From: an uncultured virus (IMG/VR IMGVR_UViG_3300020048_000099)
Lineage: Duplodnaviria; Heunggongvirae; Uroviricota; Caudoviricetes
Virus record (IMG/VR): IMGVR_UViG_3300020048_000099
Reading direction: 5' to 3' (one strand)
DNA length: 64,000 bases
Shown here: one piece after another, positions 58,998 through 64,000 of the stretch
Position numbering within the stretch: position 1 is the stretch's first letter
How the letters are laid out: every line of letters begins with the position of its first letter
Notes under the pieces: generated by a model
The model's input: only the letters and a program-made list of their open reading frames with translations
Told to the model about the DNA's origin: nothing
Databases searched by the model: none
Made by a program: the position numbers and the translations under genes

Positions 58998-59567
58998 TTA
59001 AAAGCGTTTATTTAAAAAAGCATAGCCAACAGCTATAGCGTCTACACTATGTTCATCTAATTCATCTATATTATTTACTGTAGCTAATAAAATTTCATTT
59101 ATATTCTTAATAGCTAACTTTACATCTGCTTTACCTTTCATCATACCGGCGCCCACTATCTTTTTAACATATAAAGGTTCTACAGTATGAAAAGGTATAT
59201 TAACATTATATTCTATTATACTACTATGAATCATGTTTAATACTTCTAATAAAGAACTAAAGGCAGTTGGTCTAAATCTATTATAAAATGGACTTTCACA
59301 AGCTACTATAGCAGGATTAAAAATCATTAAAATATGTTGTATAGCAGCTTTAAGTTTATATAACTTAATAGTTCTTTCTGTATAATATTCACTATCTAAT
59401 CCAGTCTTATCAAATAGTTTATCGTTAACAATAGTAAAAGCTTCTATATTTAATATCTTATTTGTCATATAGTCTATATTAAATACAGATATACCAGTAT
59501 TATTAATACCAGGGTCTATACCTATTAATCTATATATTTTATATTGGTCTGGTAAAATTAAAGGCAT
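58998..59567 (-). CDS. ruvC: RuvC-like Holliday junction resolvase
   Basis: IGIDPG..NTG, ACESPF, VKK.VG...GKADV and DEHSVDAIAV motifs. Confidence 0.85.
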   Translation of the reverse strand: MPLILPDQYKIYRLIGIDPGINNTGISVFNIDYMTNKILNIEAFTIVNDKLFDKTGLDSEYYTERTIKLYKLKAAIQHILMIFNPAIVACESPFYNRFRPTAFSSLLEVLNMIHSSIIEYNVNIPFHTVEPLYVKKIVGAGMMKGKADVKLAIKNINEILLATVNNIDELDEHSVDAIAVGYAFLNKRF

Positions 59568-59586
59568 TTATTTATTATCCTGTAAA

Positions 59587-59617
59587 TAGTAGCTATGCAT
59601 AAACAGCATAGCTACTA
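59587..59617 (-). terminator. Hairpin
   Basis: tagtagctatgc/gcatagctacta. Confidence 0.65.
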
Positions 59618-59627
59618 TAAGTTATAA

Positions 59628-60446
59628 TTATGATTGGAATTCTAATAGTGGTTCAACTGATCCTATGTCAAATGTCATATTAATACCTTGATTACTGAAT
59701 TTAGCTGAGAAAAATGTATTAATAAAACTAATAACTTGCGCCCCTATAGCTTCTTTTCGACCACTGATAAGTCTTTCTATACCAGAACAAATACCTATTT
59801 CACTAATAATAGCGTAACCTTCGTCACCGTGTAAAATATTAGCAACATTTAATAATTCGTCTACATCATTAGCTGTCATAGTAAATGGTATCAATGCTGA
59901 AGTTGCTATATAGTCACCAGTAGTTGTTAATACTTCTCCAGCAGCGTAGTTAGGAACTACGGGAGCATAACCATTAAAAGTAAAATCATCAGTAATAGTT
60001 ATACCATTGACTATATGACGTTTCTGAATACGAGGAACAACTTCACTAGTATCTATTACTTTTAAATAATACGCTTCATAATCTCCAATATCTAATTGTA
60101 GTATTTTACGTAGTCTATATTTCGCTGCTTCAGCTGAAGATAAAGCATTAGATGTAGGTCTAATTATAAAAGGTAGTTGGCTATAAAAACTTATATCTTT
60201 GGGAGAGTGCTGAACTGGCTCTGGTTTAACTATATCGCCAACACCAGTTATTAAACGATGACCTCCGTTACCTATACCAACGTACATAACTTTATATTTA
60301 TCGTCTGCTGTTATGGCAATGTGATCATTTATTTTTAAAACTTGATTTAAAGAAGAAGCTAAAATAATGTCTCTATTTGGTGGTATACCTAATAACTGAG
60401 TAGTTTGTAAATATGCGCCTGCTATAGTGCGTTGAATGTTTTCCAT
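59628..60446 (-). CDS. Virion structural protein, phiKZ gp127-like
   Basis: Y.GIGNGGH, PF..R...L...E..KYRLR, YYLK and AIISEIG..SG motifs; synteny with the portal. Confidence 0.7.
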   Translation of the reverse strand: MENIQRTIAGAYLQTTQLLGIPPNRDIILASSLNQVLKINDHIAITADDKYKVMYVGIGNGGHRLITGVGDIVKPEPVQHSPKDISFYSQLPFIIRPTSNALSSAEAAKYRLRKILQLDIGDYEAYYLKVIDTSEVVPRIQKRHIVNGITITDDFTFNGYAPVVPNYAAGEVLTTTGDYIATSALIPFTMTANDVDELLNVANILHGDEGYAIISEIGICSGIERLISGRKEAIGAQVISFINTFFSAKFSNQGINMTFDIGSVEPLLEFQS

Positions 60447-60458
60447 GAAATTTCCTTT

Positions 60459-62651
60459 TTAATAGATAGATTTAAGTGTAGACTGCTGTTCTAAAGTTAA
60501 TGAATAGTAATTTTCTAATCCAGCTATTAGACTATCTGAACTTATTATTGGATCATAGTTGTCATACCTAACATCTATATAAATAGTTCCAAATCTTATA
60601 GCTATAATTGTATTAGAAGAAGTAGTTTGTATAGCGTTTAATGCTATAGGTATATCATACTTTAAAACTAATAAAGTATAATCTTTAACATCAAATTCTG
60701 GTAATTCAAGATGATGTGATCTTTGTTGAACAAATTTAGAGTCTAATAACCCAACCGGATGATGTGAAAAAAATCTACCACTAAAAATAAATCCTATATC
60801 ACCACATCTAATGGCTGCCCAATTTAATGGAATTATTCTAAAATCATTGATTTCTTTAATGATTTGAATATTGTAACTACTTAAATTTGTTAATAATGCT
60901 AATAATGCTGATTGAATATTTTTAAGTTGTTTAGTTTCATCTACAACATAACCTGTGGCACTAGAAAATATATTTTTTAATAATGCTTCAGCTTGCTCAT
61001 TATTGTAATTGTAAAATGGTAAATTATTAGTTGTTAACCATGACTCTATATTACCTATAGATATAGTATCGTATGTATCTCCATATAACCTTAATATCAT
61101 ATTTGCTACAAAGCCACGTTTATACATGTCTTCAGTATTTGATATCATAAACCATTGCCTTAAACTTTCTTCATACAATCTATAAGATAAATTATAAAAT
61201 ATATTAGTAGAGAATGATTCGACTATAGGAGGTTGATTGATTAATAGGTCTTCTGCTATTTTTCTAAAGTCATTAGAACTATTATCAACTAACTTTAATA
61301 ATTCTGTAATATCTGGTAATACTTCTAGTCTATATTTAGTATTATAAATAGCTATAGTTTCAGATATCTCAAAACCAGATGATTTTAAAGTTATATAATA
61401 ATAATATATAAATGCATTCAATGCTGTAAGTGTTCTAATTTCTTCTGTCTTAGGATCTTTAAAATGCACTACTACATCATAAAGATTGTTTACAGACATA
61501 TATATCCATTGTCTTAATAACACAACCTCTAATGGATCAGGTACAACATTATTATAATCAACTGCTCTAGATTCTAAATCTTTAGTTTTTACTACAGATG
61601 AATTAGAATTTTTAAATCTAATTGTATCATGCTCTTCTTTATTACTATAGTAGTCTGTATTACCTATGGCTAGTTTTTTCTCTTTATTATAGAGCTGAGT
61701 TATAGGTATAAAGTCATCATCTATATCTAACGCATTACTATTAATAACTGTTTTTTTAGCTAATAAGTTAGGATAGTATTTATTATCTACTGTCGACAAT
61801 TGTCTAATACTATATTGTGAAATTTCTATCCCTACGTCAGTTAGTAATTTATCGACAAGTGTTCTAAATTGATGTGAATTACCAAAGTTCCTACTGATAT
61901 ATTTTATATTTCTATAAAAATATAAAGCTTGTTTTAAAGTCATATAGTCTAAATATTTATCTAATCCCATATGACTGGTTAAATATTCTCTTATATGAAA
62001 GCTATGAACTTCATTAGTTTTACATCTTTTTAATCTAAGGTTTAATAATTTAGGAACTAAATGTAAATAAAGTAAAGAATAGTATGCTATATTATAATAG
62101 CTATCTGAAACACCGTAAGCTTGAACGTTCCATCTAATGGCGTGTCTTTTAATAAACCCTTCTAATTCTTTTATTAAACTTATCTCTTGAGGCTCTACTA
62201 AATGATTTGGATATCCTAATATACTATTATTTTCAGCAGCTATAGCTACATCAATGTTTACTGGATATAAAATACCCATAATTAAACTTTCTTGATCAGG
62301 ATATTTGTTTACTAAATTATAGTAATATCTACTTCCAAATTCATATGCTTTAGCTGTAGCTACATGATGAGAAAGATTTAGTTTGTTAAAATTTATTTCT
62401 TCTAATGTATCTAGTGACACAATAATCATATTTGTATCTAAACTATGATATTCTCCAGATACGTTTAAATAATATTTCCAAGTTTTCTTATCATATTTAT
62501 CTACAGCTGATTCCCCGTATCCATTAATTATTTTTGTATTTATAAGATCTGCAGTAATATCAGATTTTATATTTAGAGTTTTTATCAGTAATTTAGTATT
62601 CTCTAAATATTTTTTTAAAAATCCACTTTCACCTAAAGGTTCTATTTTCAT
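60459..62651 (-). CDS. Virion structural protein, phiKZ gp128-like
   Basis: WKYYLNVSGEYH..D, SLDT.E.I.F and CKT.EVHSFH motifs; divergent from the portal. Confidence 0.72.
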   Translation of the reverse strand: MKIEPLGESGFLKKYLENTKLLIKTLNIKSDITADLINTKIINGYGESAVDKYDKKTWKYYLNVSGEYHSLDTNMIIVSLDTLEEINFNKLNLSHHVATAKAYEFGSRYYYNLVNKYPDQESLIMGILYPVNIDVAIAAENNSILGYPNHLVEPQEISLIKELEGFIKRHAIRWNVQAYGVSDSYYNIAYYSLLYLHLVPKLLNLRLKRCKTNEVHSFHIREYLTSHMGLDKYLDYMTLKQALYFYRNIKYISRNFGNSHQFRTLVDKLLTDVGIEISQYSIRQLSTVDNKYYPNLLAKKTVINSNALDIDDDFIPITQLYNKEKKLAIGNTDYYSNKEEHDTIRFKNSNSSVVKTKDLESRAVDYNNVVPDPLEVVLLRQWIYMSVNNLYDVVVHFKDPKTEEIRTLTALNAFIYYYYITLKSSGFEISETIAIYNTKYRLEVLPDITELLKLVDNSSNDFRKIAEDLLINQPPIVESFSTNIFYNLSYRLYEESLRQWFMISNTEDMYKRGFVANMILRLYGDTYDTISIGNIESWLTTNNLPFYNYNNEQAEALLKNIFSSATGYVVDETKQLKNIQSALLALLTNLSSYNIQIIKEINDFRIIPLNWAAIRCGDIGFIFSGRFFSHHPVGLLDSKFVQQRSHHLELPEFDVKDYTLLVLKYDIPIALNAIQTTSSNTIIAIRFGTIYIDVRYDNYDPIISSDSLIAGLENYYSLTLEQQSTLKSIY

Positions 62652-64000
62652 GACTAACCACCAAGAATTAAAAAAGATTATTAATTCGCTGAATAAAGGT
62701 AAACAATATCCAGCGTTACAATTAGTTAAACATAACCCAGAGTTAGCTGCACTTGTTAGTAAACTAGTTAAACCTAAAGATCCTGCAGCTTTTGATATGG
62801 CAAAAAAAGAGTCATATTATGATCTTAATCAGTCACAAATTAACACTATCTCAGATAGTATTAAAACTAGATTACAAGACAATGAAAACATAATTGAATT
62901 ATTTCCAGACATTGAATTAGCTATACAAATACTTGTAAGCTCTATCATATCCCCAAAGGATATGGTTAAGTCTGAATTAATTTATAGGGCATTAGAGCCT
63001 ATTTTTCCAGCTGAAGTAATATTAAAATTAAATACAATAGTAAGTGAGCATTTTGAAAACTATTATAACATTAAGAACGACCTTCAAAAGATATTACGTG
63101 ATACTCTTTTTACCACAGGTAGTTATGTAAAAGCTATACTACCTGAAAGTATAGTAGATGAATTAATTAATCAAAATAAGGTAGTATCAACAGAATCTTT
63201 AACAGAATTATTTAAAACAAATAAAGATATAGTTAATCTAGGTATCTTAGGTAACCCAGGTAAAAACCAACCAAGATTAGCATTAGAACGTTTTAATAGT
63301 AATAGTCAAACTACAAATATTAGACCATTTCCTTTAGATAATAATGGTAAAATATCATTAGAAAATTTAGTAGAAGTTACAGATAATTATAAACTTTTAA
63401 AGCTACCTAAAGTTATAGATGCAAGTAATAAAGCTAAATTAAAATCTATTATTAAAGGTAATACATTATCATTAGAAGCAGATAAACTTTCTACACATGA
63501 TTTATCTACAATATTATATAAAACTAACTCTAATGATTCACAACCATTTATAGTTATTCCCAGTACTAATAACACTAAAAGAAAATCAGTAGGTAGACCA
63601 TTAGTTTTACAACTACCTTCTGAATCTGTTATTCCAGTTTATACACCAGGTAGTGAAAATAAACATATTGGATATTTTGTTTTAGTAGATTCTGATGGTA
63701 ATCCATTAACTATTAATAGTAATAAAGAATCAGTAGATGGACTTTCTAGTTTACTTAATAACTCACAAGGTAATTCATTATCTTCATCTTTAATACAAAA
63801 AGCTAAAACAAATTTAGTTAATAAAAGTAAAGTAGTTACTATAGATGATATAACAAGAATATATGGAAATATCATTGAAACAGATTTAGTTGAACGTTTA
63901 AATAATGGTCTTTATGGTTCTAATGTAAGCGTAGCTAATAACGAAGCTATTTATAGAATTATGTTAGCTAGATCTCTATCATCGAAGTATACTAGATTAA
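62650..64000 (+). CDS. Portal protein, phiKZ gp129-like (continues beyond the window)
   Basis: Not in the ORF track because no stop falls in the window. Manual translation MTNHQELKK...LFPDIELAIQILVSSIISPKDM...VGRPLVLQLPSESVIPVYTPG...HIGYFVLVD..GNP. Confidence 0.8.
   Translation, partial: MTNHQELKKIINSLNKGKQYPALQLVKHNPELAALVSKLVKPKDPAAFDMAKKESYYDLNQSQINTISDSIKTRLQDNENIIELFPDIELAIQILVSSIISPKDMVKSELIYRALEPIFPAEVILKLNTIVSEHFENYYNIKNDLQKILRDTLFTTGSYVKAILPESIVDELINQNKVVSTESLTELFKTNKDIVNLGILGNPGKNQPRLALERFNSNSQTTNIRPFPLDNNGKISLENLVEVTDNYKLLKLPKVIDASNKAKLKSIIKGNTLSLEADKLSTHDLSTILYKTNSNDSQPFIVIPSTNNTKRKSVGRPLVLQLPSESVIPVYTPGSENKHIGYFVLVDSDGNPLTINSNKESVDGLSSLLNNSQGNSLSSSLIQKAKTNLVNKSKVVTIDDITRIYGNIIETDLVERLNNGLYGSNVSVANNEAIYRIMLARSLSSKYTRL

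Noticed and set aside
1..64000. Stop-codon reassignment
   Set aside because: Long conserved genes are intact under code 11, and TAA, TAG and TGA all occur as stops.

Overview
This is a very AT-rich segment of a phiKZ-like (Chimalliviridae-type) jumbo phage genome, and its spanin pair implies a Gram-negative host. All family and gp assignments come from motif recognition and recalled phiKZ synteny, not from a database search. The window holds the prohead protease (gp175-like), three split virion RNA polymerase subunits (gp178-, gp180- and gp149-like), a 2485-aa gp181-like tail lysin, UvsX/RecA, RNase H, SbcC, RuvC, a baseplate spike, a variable tail-fibre/adhesin cluster, spanins and the start of the portal gene. 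There are two mobile elements. The first is a group I intron with an HNH homing endonuclease that splits the RNAP catalytic motif (AD|FDGD); a 628-N gap begins exactly at its 5' splice site. The second is a TnpB-only IS200/IS605-family element with recognisable ends and omega-RNA. The main new observations are: (1) three unrelated proteins share a C-terminal tag, P-L-[FY]-x-x-W, downstream of a prohead-protease S-x-E site, which is a candidate cleavable capsid-targeting signal; (2) a Peptidase_S74 self-cleaving chaperone domain sits in the middle of the gp181-like protein, which also carries M15 peptidase and lytic transglycosylase domains; (3) a recurrent promoter-like motif, ATATACTTTAnnTGATA, precedes accessory genes; (4) an accessory island inside the vRNAP cluster contains two cassette-like paralogues and a stand-alone nucleotidyltransferase.
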